A DNA stretch of 64,000 bases from Nitrospinales bacterium (GTDB lineage: Bacteria; Nitrospinota; Nitrospinia; Nitrospinales; JAJDAT01): NCBI GenBank assembly GCA_038154245.1, contig JAYOZP010000001.1, positions 3,022 through 67,021 on the forward strand. Reading direction: 5' to 3'. The notes below the pieces were generated by a model. That model did not search any database. It saw only the letters and a list, made by a program, of their open reading frames with translations, and was not told where the DNA came from. A program made the position numbers and the translations under genes. Positions 45,008-55,129 of the stretch are shown here, in pieces. Each line of letters starts with the position of its first letter. The first letter of the stretch is position 1.

Positions 45008-47239
45008 ATGCCTTTACCTCCATCTCCGCCAGTCAACATAGAGAATATCGAAAGCCTGGGTCTGACCTTGGGAGAATTCGAACGGATTCAAGACCTATTA
45101 GGCCGGAATCCTAACTGGACGGAGTTAGCAATCTTTTCTGTTATGTGGAGCGAACATTGCAGCTATAAAAGCTCTAAAATCCTTCTCAAAACATTGCCAA
45201 CTGAAGGACCGCGTGTGGTCCAAGGCCCTGGTGAAAACGCAGGCGTCGTAGATATTGGAGATGGGATGGTTGCAGTATTTAAAATTGAAAGCCACAACCA
45301 CCCATCTTTCATAGAACCTTTTCAAGGAGCAGCCACTGGAGTCGGAGGAATACTGCGCGATATTTTTACAATGGGAGCCCGACCAATAGCTCTTTTAAAT
45401 TCCCTCAGGTTTGGCGACCCCGACGAACCACATACACGCTATTTACTCAAAGGAGTTGTAAGCGGAATTTCCAGTTATGGAAATTGCGTAGGAGTTCCTA
45501 ACGTTGGAGGAGAAATCAACTTTGACTTCTGTTACGACAACAACAATTTAGTGAATGTTTTTTGCTTAGGCGTTGCTCAAAAAGATCGTATTTTTCTTGG
45601 AAAAGCTTCTGGAATCGGCAACTCAGTTTTATACGTAGGCTCAAAAACTGGCCGCGACGGAATCAAAGGAGCTAGTATGGCATCTGCTTCGTTTGAAAGT
45701 TCAACTGAAGAGATGAGACCAACCGTACAAGTAGGAGATCCATTTACGGAAAAACTTTTGATTGAAGCTTGTTTAGAAGCCATGCAACATGATTGGGTAG
45801 TTGGCATTCAAGATATGGGAGCCGCAGGCCTTACTTCTTCTTCATTTGAAATGGCGGATAGATCGGGAACGGGAATCGAACTAGATCTATCGAAAGTACC
45901 CATGAGGGAAACAGGAATGACTCCCTTTGAAATTTTACTTTCGGAATCTCAAGAGCGAATGCTATTTGTTATTGAAAATGGTCGCGAGGATGAAGCAAAG
46001 AAAATATTCGATAAATGGGATTTAGACGCTGTAGTGATTGGAAAAGTAACCGACACCGGGATAATGCGTATGACCATGGAAGGAGAAGAGGTCGTTAATT
46101 TACCAATTGATACCGTTGTCGAATCCGCGCCACAGCTAGTCCGCCCCACCAAAAAACCTTCTTATCTCGACGCGGTTGATAACCTGAATGTAAAATTGAT
46201 TCCAGAGTTAGAGCGCGGAGATGGAATTTTAAAATTATTATTGAAGTCGGTAAATATTGCGGATAAATCTTGGGCTTACAAACAATACGATCATATGGTA
46301 GGTATCAATACCTTAGTATTGCCAGGATCGGACGCAGCCGTCATTCGAGTAAAAGAGAGCCAGAAAGCTCTAGCTATTTCCGTCGATGGTAACAGTAGGT
46401 ATTGCCATCTAAATCCTTTCCGGGGAGCTCAAATTGCCGTTGCGGAATGTTTTAGAAATATTGCATGCTCTGGCGGAGTTCCAATTGGTCTCACAAATTG
46501 CCTTAATTTTGGAAACCCAGAAAAACCAGAAATCATGTGGCAATTTGAACAAGCTGTTGCGGGTATTGGGAATGTCTGTAACTATTTTAACGTACCCATC
46601 GTAAGTGGAAACGTAAGCTTATATAACGAGACAAAAGGTAAATCAATTTATCCAACGCCTATTGTTGCGGCGGTTGGCCTATTAGAGGACCAAACAAAAC
46701 ATTGCACTCAGTGGTTTAAGAACCCTGGAGATCGAATTGGACTTCTAGGATTAACCTTAGAAGAAATTGGCGGGACAGAATACCTAGAATCCTACTTAGA
46801 TCTCTGCCAAGGAAGCGTTCCCGCATTGGATATTCAATATGAGCGAAAAATCCAAGAACTGTGCATCGATTTAATCCAGGAAGATATAGCGCTATCCGCC
46901 CACGACTGTGCTGATGGCGGTTTAGCTGTAGCTCTTGCGGAGGCCTGTTTCACGGGTCCAGGAGAATCTTTAGGGGCTACAATAAATCTTTACGCCTCAA
47001 TACGGAACGACGCTTTACTTTTTGGCGAATCTCAATCGCGTATCGTCATTTCTTATTCGCCCGATAAAAAAGATATAATAGAAGAAAAAGCCAAGAACGC
47101 TGGATTGGATTTTTCTGATTTAGGAACAGTGGGAGGAACGGATCTCACAGTAAATCTAAATGATAAAGAGTTCATCAAAGAAAAAATATCAACGCTTGAA
47201 GAGGTTTGGAGGGAACCCTTGCAACGTTATGGAGGATAA
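45008..47239 (+). CDS. purL: Phosphoribosylformylglycinamidine synthase subunit PurL
   Basis: '[11 protein letters not shown]', 'ESHNHPS' and '[12 protein letters not shown]'. Its position after purS and purQ supports the call. Confidence 0.9.
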   Translation: MPLPPSPPVNIENIESLGLTLGEFERIQDLLGRNPNWTELAIFSVMWSEHCSYKSSKILLKTLPTEGPRVVQGPGENAGVVDIGDGMVAVFKIESHNHPSFIEPFQGAATGVGGILRDIFTMGARPIALLNSLRFGDPDEPHTRYLLKGVVSGISSYGNCVGVPNVGGEINFDFCYDNNNLVNVFCLGVAQKDRIFLGKASGIGNSVLYVGSKTGRDGIKGASMASASFESSTEEMRPTVQVGDPFTEKLLIEACLEAMQHDWVVGIQDMGAAGLTSSSFEMADRSGTGIELDLSKVPMRETGMTPFEILLSESQERMLFVIENGREDEAKKIFDKWDLDAVVIGKVTDTGIMRMTMEGEEVVNLPIDTVVESAPQLVRPTKKPSYLDAVDNLNVKLIPELERGDGILKLLLKSVNIADKSWAYKQYDHMVGINTLVLPGSDAAVIRVKESQKALAISVDGNSRYCHLNPFRGAQIAVAECFRNIACSGGVPIGLTNCLNFGNPEKPEIMWQFEQAVAGIGNVCNYFNVPIVSGNVSLYNETKGKSIYPTPIVAAVGLLEDQTKHCTQWFKNPGDRIGLLGLTLEEIGGTEYLESYLDLCQGSVPALDIQYERKIQELCIDLIQEDIALSAHDCADGGLAVALAEACFTGPGESLGATINLYASIRNDALLFGESQSRIVISYSPDKKDIIEEKAKNAGLDFSDLGTVGGTDLTVNLNDKEFIKEKISTLEEVWREPLQRYGG

Positions 47240-48632
47240 GTTTCACGAAGAATGCGGCGTTGTTGGAGTATTTGGCCATCCGGAAGCGGCAAACCTAGCT
47301 TATCTAGGTTTATACGCTCTCCAACATCGAGGGCAAGAAAGCGCAGGCATCGTCTCTTCAGACGAAAAGAAAGTACATGTCGAACTCGGGACCGGTCTAG
47401 TCGCCGACGTTTTTAGCGAAGAACGTTTATTGCAACTCCCTGGTAAAATTGCAATCGGCCACAACCGTTATTCAACCACGGGCGAAAGCCTTTTAAAAAA
47501 CGCCCAACCTTGTTTAATTGAATATCGAGGCGGCCCCTTAGCTTTAGCTCATAATGGCAATTTAGTAAATGCCGACTCTATCCGACACGATCTAGAATCG
47601 TCTGGTTCGATTTTTCAATCCACAAACGACAGCGAAGTAATTTTACATCTGATTGCTAAAAACCAGAATTCCAGTTTCATTGATAGCGTCTCTCAAGCTC
47701 TCACCCAAGTTAAGGGAGCTTACTCGCTTTTGCTATTAACTAAAGACGGAATTGTTGCCGCAAGAGATCCTAGCGGTTTTCGCCCTCTTTGTTTAGGGAA
47801 ATTGGACGGGGCCTATATTTTGGCTTCAGAAACCTGCGTCATGGATCTAGTTAACGCTGAATATATTCGAGAAATTGAACCTGGAGAAATTTTACAAATC
47901 GATAGTTCTGGTCTTAAGTCATTTTCGCCCCTTAGCGCACACCCGCAAAAAACTTGCGTCTTTGAACATATTTATTTCGCCCGACCAGACAGCCGAGTTT
48001 TTGGCGAGGAAGTTTATGGAACTCGGAAAGCTATGGGAAAGGCTTTAGCTGAAGAATGGCCCGCAGAAGCCGACATCGTAATTCCAGTGCCAGACTCTGG
48101 AAATATTTCAGCATTAGGATATTCGGAACAGCTTAACATTCCTTTTGAAATGGGCTTGATTCGTAATCACTATGTCGGGAGAACTTTTATTGAACCACAG
48201 TCGCAAATTCGCGATTTTGGAGTGCGCGTTAAACTTAACGCCGTTAAAAATATCGTGAAGGGAAAACGAGTTGTCGTCATTGACGATTCAATCGTTAGGG
48301 GAACAACCAGTCGCAAAATTGTGAAAATGGTTCGAGACTCGGGGGCCACCGAAGTTCATGTAAGAATCAGCTCGCCGCCAAGCTTATTCCCTTGCTTCTA
48401 TGGAATAGATACTCCAACCAAACAAGAACTAATCGCATCTTCTAAAACAGTCGAAGAAACGCGAGATTACATTATGGCAGACTCTCTACAATATATCAGT
48501 TTAGATAAAATGATGTCTGTCTTTAAACACAATCGCGATAAATATTGCAAAGCTTGTTTTGACGGAGACTATCCAATTCCAAAAGAAGCCGCTGAAATCA
48601 AGACAAATCAATTAGATTTATTCGGCAAGTAA
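47229..48632 (+). CDS. purF: Amidophosphoribosyltransferase with a short propeptide
   Basis: '[12 protein letters not shown]' (N-terminal nucleophile Cys after a short leader, as in the B. subtilis type), 'VPDSG' and 'DDSIVRGTT'. The ATG at 47229 overlaps the purL stop by 11 nt. Confidence 0.9.
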   Translation: MEDKFHEECGVVGVFGHPEAANLAYLGLYALQHRGQESAGIVSSDEKKVHVELGTGLVADVFSEERLLQLPGKIAIGHNRYSTTGESLLKNAQPCLIEYRGGPLALAHNGNLVNADSIRHDLESSGSIFQSTNDSEVILHLIAKNQNSSFIDSVSQALTQVKGAYSLLLLTKDGIVAARDPSGFRPLCLGKLDGAYILASETCVMDLVNAEYIREIEPGEILQIDSSGLKSFSPLSAHPQKTCVFEHIYFARPDSRVFGEEVYGTRKAMGKALAEEWPAEADIVIPVPDSGNISALGYSEQLNIPFEMGLIRNHYVGRTFIEPQSQIRDFGVRVKLNAVKNIVKGKRVVVIDDSIVRGTTSRKIVKMVRDSGATEVHVRISSPPSLFPCFYGIDTPTKQELIASSKTVEETRDYIMADSLQYISLDKMMSVFKHNRDKYCKACFDGDYPIPKEAAEIKTNQLDLFGK

Positions 48633-48667
48633 AATTTAAATCAACAACCGGTTTTGTCTTCTTTTCT

Positions 48668-51427
48668 TTATTCTACAGCAGACGCCGCCTCTTTCTCTTC
48701 TTTGGGTCCTTCCAATTTATCCACTTGCGCTGCGTCTAAAACTTTAGCTATTGATTCTAAATCTTTGCTATAAGTTTTTAACGAATCCTCGATTTTCTTT
48801 TGCGACTCTAGAGCTTTGCGAAAATAATCTTTAATCGCTAAGTAATCGGAGCGTTTTAAAACAACCGGTTCATTATTGAATTTCAAACTTTGTTCCAATT
48901 TCGCAACCGATTGACTTTGTTTTCCATTAGCTGGCAAACCTTTAAATAATTTTTGCAATGCCATCTCAAGAGTTCTCTCCATAGCAATTTGATCTTCATA
49001 GCCAACGATAACTCGCTTTAACTCAGGAATTTTTCCTGCATCAGCTTTTAAATACAATGGACGAACATAAATTAATGATTCTTCAATAGGAATAACTAAT
49101 AAGTTACCTTGTATAACGCTAGATCCCCTTTGATCCCAAAGCGAGATCTGCCTGGATACTTCAGCATCCTGGTTGATTCTGGCAACAATTTGATTAGGAC
49201 CGTAAACCAATCGTTGTTTTGGGAAGGTATAAACTCCTAACTTCCCATAATGTTCACCGTCGCTACGAGCGACCATCCAAGCCGATAAATTGCTTTTTCC
49301 TCTTGGCGTGAACGGCAACATTAAAATATATTCTTCATCCTTTCCACCTGGCAACTTCATTATGGTGTAATAAGGTTGCATCGACTTATTGTCAATTTCA
49401 GGAACTTCCCACTGATCTTCCTTATTGTAAAAAATTTGCGGAGTTTTCATATGGTATGTCGTATACACCAAAGTTTGAATCGCAAACAAATCTTTTGGGT
49501 ATCGGATATGGCTTTTTAGATCTTTGGGCATCTCAGACAAACTTTTAAACAAATCTGGAAAAACATTTTTATAAGTCGAGATAATAGGATCGCTAGGATC
49601 AGATATATAAAAATCCATATTCCCATTGTAAGCGTCAATAACGATCTTCACAGAGTTTCGAATATAGTTTCCTAAATTACGAATAGACTGAGAATATGGA
49701 AATCGCGAACTAATTGTATAGGCGTCGTACATCCAAAATAGTTTTCCCTCAGAAATTACCAAATAAGGATCTCGATCTAATTCCAAGAAGGGCGCAATCT
49801 TATGGACTCTTTCCGTAATATTTCTATACATCAAAACCTTGCTTTCTGAAACAATATCGTCAGAGAACAAAATTTTCATAGTTTTGAAACGTCCCGCTAA
49901 TAGAGCTTTACGAAAAATTGAACCCACTTCCACTCCACCAGTTCCAGCATAATTTTTGTAAACATTTTTTTTCCCAGCGGGATAATCAAACTCTTTTGAT
50001 TTTGTATTAACAAAAACATGATCGTTAGAAAGCTCTCCAAAATAAATCTCAGGCTGATCAATCTTGATATCGATACTGGATTTCGGAGGAATATCTTGAA
50101 TAAACAACACGGGGAGACCTTCTGGAGTGATCTGGTTTACCGGGCTTAACGCAACGCCATAACCATGAGTGAAGGTTAAATGTTCATTAATCCAGTTTCT
50201 ATTTGGCAAACTTGAGGAGAGTAATTCTCGCGGAGAAAGTAATGTTTGTCGGTAACTACCGTTAATTTTATAACGATCATTATCAACTCCATTAAATTCA
50301 TAATAGGTTCTAATTTCTTGAATTTGTCCCAATGTATCTAAGAGAGGCCCTTCATCCCACAATCTGATATTCTCGATCGTGGCTTTATTTTTCATGATAC
50401 TATTTGCCGTTAATGACGATTGACCAGACAATTCTTTAATTTCAGTATTCTCTAATCCATACGCAATAGAAGTAGCCGCTATAGTGTGTTCTATATAAGG
50501 GGTTTCTTTAATTAATTCATTAGGGCCCACCACAAACTTTTGTAATACACTTGGGTAAATATTACCGCCAACAAAGATAGCGCCCAAAACCCCCGCGATA
50601 ATGAATAATTTCTTAAAATCTTTTTCATAAATTTTAAGAAAACCTCCAATAGCTCCAATCAAAGCAATTAAAATCGATAAATTAAGCACAGGTAATCGAC
50701 CATTATCGTCTGCATAGCCGATACCACTAACAACGCTGTTGCTTTGAAACAATAATTCAAATCGAGCAAAAAAGGCGTTTGCGGCAAACATTAAAAAGGC
50801 CGCGCCGGCTAAGTAAGTTATCGCCCGTCTAGCATGCGGTAAAACAACAAAACCTGTTGGAGTTGCGTAAAAAATCCTTTTAAAAAAGTAGATGGCCCCA
50901 ATACCAATTGCTACCGTTATTAGCATTTCCCAAAAAACAGATTTAATGAAAATGAAAAATGGCAATGCAAAAAGATAAAATGAGTAGTCTTTTCCAAAAA
51001 TTGGATCGACCTGGCCAAACGACTCGTAATTAATATATTGAAGAACCAATTCCCAGTTTTTTGAGCCAACCATTCCAGTCATACCGGCTAAAACTAGAGG
51101 AACCACGAAAGTTAACGGACGTAGGTTTGAGCCAATTAAATCTAACAAGGGTAAATCGCGCCGAACAGCATCGGATAGAACAACCGGCAAATGCGACGTT
51201 TTAGCGTACGTAATCTTCAATATAGAAAACGTAAAAAGAAAAAATAAACCTCCTAAAAAAACGCCAAAACCAAATTGAGCGCTTAACGTTGTAAACAAAA
51301 CAGAGTCGTACCCGTATGTTTCGAACCAAAGCCAGTCAAAATAAAAATTTACTAACTTCTCGCCAAAAACAACAAAGAGGATCGTTATGGCTCCAAGCGT
51401 TACAATCAATTTTCTAGAAGGTTTCAT
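48668..51427 (-). CDS. UPF0182-family large membrane protein
   Basis: It is 919 aa, with an N-terminal 'YFDWLWFETYGYDSV' block, seven or more TM helices and a large extracytoplasmic domain. Confidence 0.75.
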   Translation of the reverse strand: MKPSRKLIVTLGAITILFVVFGEKLVNFYFDWLWFETYGYDSVLFTTLSAQFGFGVFLGGLFFLFTFSILKITYAKTSHLPVVLSDAVRRDLPLLDLIGSNLRPLTFVVPLVLAGMTGMVGSKNWELVLQYINYESFGQVDPIFGKDYSFYLFALPFFIFIKSVFWEMLITVAIGIGAIYFFKRIFYATPTGFVVLPHARRAITYLAGAAFLMFAANAFFARFELLFQSNSVVSGIGYADDNGRLPVLNLSILIALIGAIGGFLKIYEKDFKKLFIIAGVLGAIFVGGNIYPSVLQKFVVGPNELIKETPYIEHTIAATSIAYGLENTEIKELSGQSSLTANSIMKNKATIENIRLWDEGPLLDTLGQIQEIRTYYEFNGVDNDRYKINGSYRQTLLSPRELLSSSLPNRNWINEHLTFTHGYGVALSPVNQITPEGLPVLFIQDIPPKSSIDIKIDQPEIYFGELSNDHVFVNTKSKEFDYPAGKKNVYKNYAGTGGVEVGSIFRKALLAGRFKTMKILFSDDIVSESKVLMYRNITERVHKIAPFLELDRDPYLVISEGKLFWMYDAYTISSRFPYSQSIRNLGNYIRNSVKIVIDAYNGNMDFYISDPSDPIISTYKNVFPDLFKSLSEMPKDLKSHIRYPKDLFAIQTLVYTTYHMKTPQIFYNKEDQWEVPEIDNKSMQPYYTIMKLPGGKDEEYILMLPFTPRGKSNLSAWMVARSDGEHYGKLGVYTFPKQRLVYGPNQIVARINQDAEVSRQISLWDQRGSSVIQGNLLVIPIEESLIYVRPLYLKADAGKIPELKRVIVGYEDQIAMERTLEMALQKLFKGLPANGKQSQSVAKLEQSLKFNNEPVVLKRSDYLAIKDYFRKALESQKKIEDSLKTYSKDLESIAKVLDAAQVDKLEGPKEEKEAASAVE

Positions 51428-51499
51428 CGAAAACCCTTTTTTTAATGAAATAAAAATTAAGAACTACGTTAAATATCGTAAAAACTAACTACAAAAACT

Positions 51500-51603
51500 A
51501 AGAGAGCTTCTAATAATTTCCAGTTATACAAGCTTGCTATCGCCTGGCCCTTATTTTAAGGGTTAGGTTCTTGGCAATTTTGAATTTTTAGAGATCTCTT
51601 TAA
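51500..51603. repeat. Palindromic intergenic repeat, subfamily A, copy
   Basis: 'aagagagcttctaataat' ... 'ttgctatcgcctggccc...gggttaggttcttggcaa' ... 'tttttagagatctcttta'. Confidence 0.85.
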
Positions 51604-51633
51604 ATCACCGATGGACATCCACATAAAACAATT

Positions 51634-52188
51634 CTATTTTTCTTTCCATTTTATGGAACACCCCATACTAGGAGTTTGATCTTCAAAAACCATTTCATCG
51701 TTAACAATTAGCTGGATGGCTTCTTTAAGGTCTTGCCGAGTTACTTTTTCAGGGTGTTGCCAATCGTCGTCGATTCTACCTTGATAAAGCAAGGTCCTCT
51801 CTTGACCATAGACAAAAATATCCGGAGTACAAATTGCGTCATAAGCGACTGCAACTTCTTGCGTCTCGTCTAAAAGATAAGGGAATGGAATATTTTTTTC
51901 TTCCACTATTTTTTTCATATTTTCCATTGAATCGTCTGGATATTTTATAGTGTCGTTAGGATTAATCCCAATCAATTGGACTCCCTGATTTATCCATTCA
52001 TTTTGCAAATCAATCAACCTCTGCAAAATTGCTTTCACATATGGGCAATGATTGCACATGAAGATAATTACCAAGACTTTTTTGTCGCTAAAGCTATCTA
52101 GAGAATAACGCTTATCATCCGTACCTAATAAATCAAAATTTTTTGCAAGAGACCCCAACGGTCCCATGTTTGAATGCATAAGAGCCAT
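51634..52188 (-). CDS. Thioredoxin-fold thiol-disulfide oxidoreductase (redoxin/AhpC-TSA-like)
   Basis: 'VLVIIFMCNHCPYVK' CxxC motif in a redoxin-like context. Confidence 0.7.
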   Translation of the reverse strand: MALMHSNMGPLGSLAKNFDLLGTDDKRYSLDSFSDKKVLVIIFMCNHCPYVKAILQRLIDLQNEWINQGVQLIGINPNDTIKYPDDSMENMKKIVEEKNIPFPYLLDETQEVAVAYDAICTPDIFVYGQERTLLYQGRIDDDWQHPEKVTRQDLKEAIQLIVNDEMVFEDQTPSMGCSIKWKEK

Positions 52189-52331
52189 ACAATTTCCTCA
52201 AAAAAGCGATTGATGAAGTTATGCTAACATCAATACGACTAGCCCCTCAACAAAAATTCATATTGAAATAGGCCGCTAATCCTATTCTATTTTTGAATAA
52301 AATTTCGACAAAATACTTAAGAAAACAAAAA

Positions 52332-53720
52332 CTATTTTTCGAAACGAGAATAGACAAAAGAAACAGGTTGGGCAAAATTTGAAAAGGCAGAACGCATACG
52401 ATTTTCTTTATAACCCAGCTTTCGCAACTTCTTTTCCGCCGAAGTAATTTCAGCCTGAGTTAGATAGGCAACCGTATCGGGTATTCCATAAGGATCTAAT
52501 TTTTCAGAAAGCATTTCCATTTTTTTCACAAACTTTTTTGGAGAACCTGGCATTGGCGGATAATTCATCTGGTTTTTATAAGGGCTTTTATAGATTCCGT
52601 TGAAAGCGTTCAAAGTTTGCAACATCAATACGTCTCTCTCCCAAGGCTCCATCATAGCAACCTTAGGGTGCGATTGGAGAAGTTCCAAAACGCTTATCAC
52701 GGGATTCCTTAACTGAGATTCTACAAAATAATGTTGATACTGTTTAAAAGTATCGTTAAAACCTATCATTTTTCCAACGCTTTCCATCAAAGGAAAATTG
52801 ACCATAAAAGTATATTGTCCGCCATATAAATTAAAATAGGGACGTCCCATTTCTCTAACATCCTCAACAGATAACATACCGTAGTCCATACTTGTATAAC
52901 CCAGATTATCTTCCGCTAGGAGATTAAAAGCTGTTTCCAGCGTTTCAAAAGCTCCCATATTTACCGGAATTGGATTTTCATCGGTAAGTTGATCAAGATG
53001 AGATTGAATTTCGTTAGCATACGGCCAATCAGAAATATCCACTCTTTGATAGGTTCTTTCCCATTGAATCGCTCCTAAAAATAAAGGTAATTCGCGTAGC
53101 CGATCTAAATTTTTTTGATTGAAAAGATTAAGAAATTCATCCCAATCAATAGGAATTTGATTCGGATCTAAAAAAGGTTGGAGATATTCCTCATAAATCA
53201 AACCTTCATCCAACAGCAAAGCTTTGCAAGCCAGGTCGTCCCAAATCTCATTAGAAATAATTTTAAAAACCGAATTAGGCTTAAAACACCTCATAGCTTC
53301 GGCATCCACTCGGATTGGGGCAAATCGCTCTCGATGCTCCTGTAAGCGTGGATTATTTATTACCGCTTTTAATATCTCCGGGGAAAAGTCGCATAACACA
53401 TATTTTATGCGAGGATAAATAATTTCTTCTTCGTCGATCGCTTTTAACCTATCTAAAAATGAGGAAGCTAAATTCCCATTCCCCACTCCCCATTCCAAAA
53501 CAAAAAGGGTTTTACTTTTTTCTGTTTGAGTTATAGCTCGCTGATAAAACTCTTCCGCCAAACTATAGGCAAGACGATAGTCGCGACTGACATAAGTTTG
53601 AAAATGATCGTGAATTCCAGAACCAAGGGTTCCGTAGAAAATGGCATTGACGTGAGTCTGCCATTTATCGGAGGGTAAAAAATCGCCTAAAGGTAACAAG
53701 TTTTGGGGTAAACCGGCCAT
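52332..53720 (-). CDS. SAM-dependent methyltransferase, MidA/NDUFAF7 (DUF185)-like
   Basis: 'FVLEWGVGNGNLA' (motif I), 'VLCDFS' and 'IISNEIWDDLA' (compare the ANE..DALP block of DUF185). Confidence 0.5.
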   Translation of the reverse strand: MAGLPQNLLPLGDFLPSDKWQTHVNAIFYGTLGSGIHDHFQTYVSRDYRLAYSLAEEFYQRAITQTEKSKTLFVLEWGVGNGNLASSFLDRLKAIDEEEIIYPRIKYVLCDFSPEILKAVINNPRLQEHRERFAPIRVDAEAMRCFKPNSVFKIISNEIWDDLACKALLLDEGLIYEEYLQPFLDPNQIPIDWDEFLNLFNQKNLDRLRELPLFLGAIQWERTYQRVDISDWPYANEIQSHLDQLTDENPIPVNMGAFETLETAFNLLAEDNLGYTSMDYGMLSVEDVREMGRPYFNLYGGQYTFMVNFPLMESVGKMIGFNDTFKQYQHYFVESQLRNPVISVLELLQSHPKVAMMEPWERDVLMLQTLNAFNGIYKSPYKNQMNYPPMPGSPKKFVKKMEMLSEKLDPYGIPDTVAYLTQAEITSAEKKLRKLGYKENRMRSAFSNFAQPVSFVYSRFEK

Positions 53721-53740
53721 GAAAGGAAAAAATGGAAATT

Positions 53741-53844
53741 AAGAAAGCCTCTAATAATTAATATTTTTACTAGTTTGCTATCGCCTAGGCCTTTTTTAAA
53801 GGGCTAGGTTCTTGGCAAATTTTGATTTTTAGAGGTCCCTTCAA
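53741..53844. repeat. Palindromic intergenic repeat, subfamily A, copy
   Basis: 'aagaaagcctctaataatt' ... 'ttgctatcgcctaggcc...gggctaggttcttggcaa' ... 'tttttagaggtccc'. Confidence 0.85.
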
Positions 53845-53954
53845 TTTATACAACTTCTATTGGCCGCTATAAACTTCAAAAGAGCCTAGAGGTCTCATTA
53901 AATTATTTAAAAAACTTAAAGGCAAGGAGATAAGAAAATTAAATAAAACTACTA

Positions 53955-55004
53955 TTACAAGCCATCCGTATTTCTTACAGCCGACTCGGCAGTTTGGACC
54001 GTTTCAACCACCATATCGGATTTAACGTTGCCGCTAGCTTCATTAGAAAGAGTTTCAAATTTCTTAAACGCTTCTTGGGCTTGTTTGGTTCGACCAACTT
54101 CTTTATAGCAGTTATAAAGATTATACCAAGCGTAAGCATCGCCAGGATTGAGCTCGGCGGCAATTTTAAACTCTTTAATAGCGCTTTCAACTTTGTTTAA
54201 AGAACCATATAAACTACCAAGGTTTGTATGCGGTATTGAAGAGTCGGGGTCAAGCTCGGTAGCTTTCTTGAAACATAAAATGGCTTCCTCCACCATATTT
54301 TTAGCGGAATAAACGCTGCCTAAATTACAATGCCCCATTGGATCTTTTTCATCCATATCAACAACTACCATTGCCGCGGTTAAGGCTTCGTCAAAGTCTC
54401 CATGTTTAAAGTAAGCATTCGATAGCGCCGCTCTAAGTTCTTTATCTTCTGGAGAAAACATCAAAACCTTTTTTAGGACTTTGATTTGATCCGCGTTCTG
54501 ATCCAACATATCATAGGCTGCGGATAGATTTGCATAAGCGGTAATGTCTTCTGGATCCAAGTCGACTACTTTTTCAAATTCTTGAGCGGCTTTTTCGAAC
54601 ATGTCTTTTAGCATGTAAACACCGCCTAAATTAAAATGAATTTCTGGATCGTTATCGTCTAAAGCAACAGCCCGATTTAACTCCCAAATAGCCTCGTCTT
54701 CGCAATGAGTAAGCCCATATGCTGTTCCCAAGAGCTTATAAGCTCTAGCCCGCTTTTGGTCTCGACCTACAATAAGTTTTAACTCTTTAATTGCATCTTC
54801 ATAACTTCCACCGTCAATATAAAGCGTGGCTAACTCTGTAAGCAAATCAAGATTGTCCGGATCCTTTTGTAATTCCTTTTTAACCTGCCGTGTTTTTTTA
54901 ACAATGGCGGCTTCTCGTTTTATTTCATCAGGATCGCGAACTCCGAGTTCTTCGAAGATTTCGGGATGGATTTTCATTTTTATCCAATCGGGACTATCGG
55001 CCAT
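53955..55004 (-). CDS. TPR repeat protein (cytoplasmic)
   Basis: About eight consecutive 34-aa TPR units (for example 'DPEIHFNLGGVYMLKDMFEKAAQEFEKVVDLDP'). Confidence 0.8.
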   Translation of the reverse strand: MADSPDWIKMKIHPEIFEELGVRDPDEIKREAAIVKKTRQVKKELQKDPDNLDLLTELATLYIDGGSYEDAIKELKLIVGRDQKRARAYKLLGTAYGLTHCEDEAIWELNRAVALDDNDPEIHFNLGGVYMLKDMFEKAAQEFEKVVDLDPEDITAYANLSAAYDMLDQNADQIKVLKKVLMFSPEDKELRAALSNAYFKHGDFDEALTAAMVVVDMDEKDPMGHCNLGSVYSAKNMVEEAILCFKKATELDPDSSIPHTNLGSLYGSLNKVESAIKEFKIAAELNPGDAYAWYNLYNCYKEVGRTKQAQEAFKKFETLSNEASGNVKSDMVVETVQTAESAVRNTDGL

Positions 55005-55129
55005 TGAATTTGCTCCAAAACTATTGAAAATTAACTATATATTGTTTGGTGGAATACTATAATTCTAAAATATGGGTAATAGATGTGTCAAGGAAGTAAA
55101 CAAATATTATGCAAATATAAATACAATTT

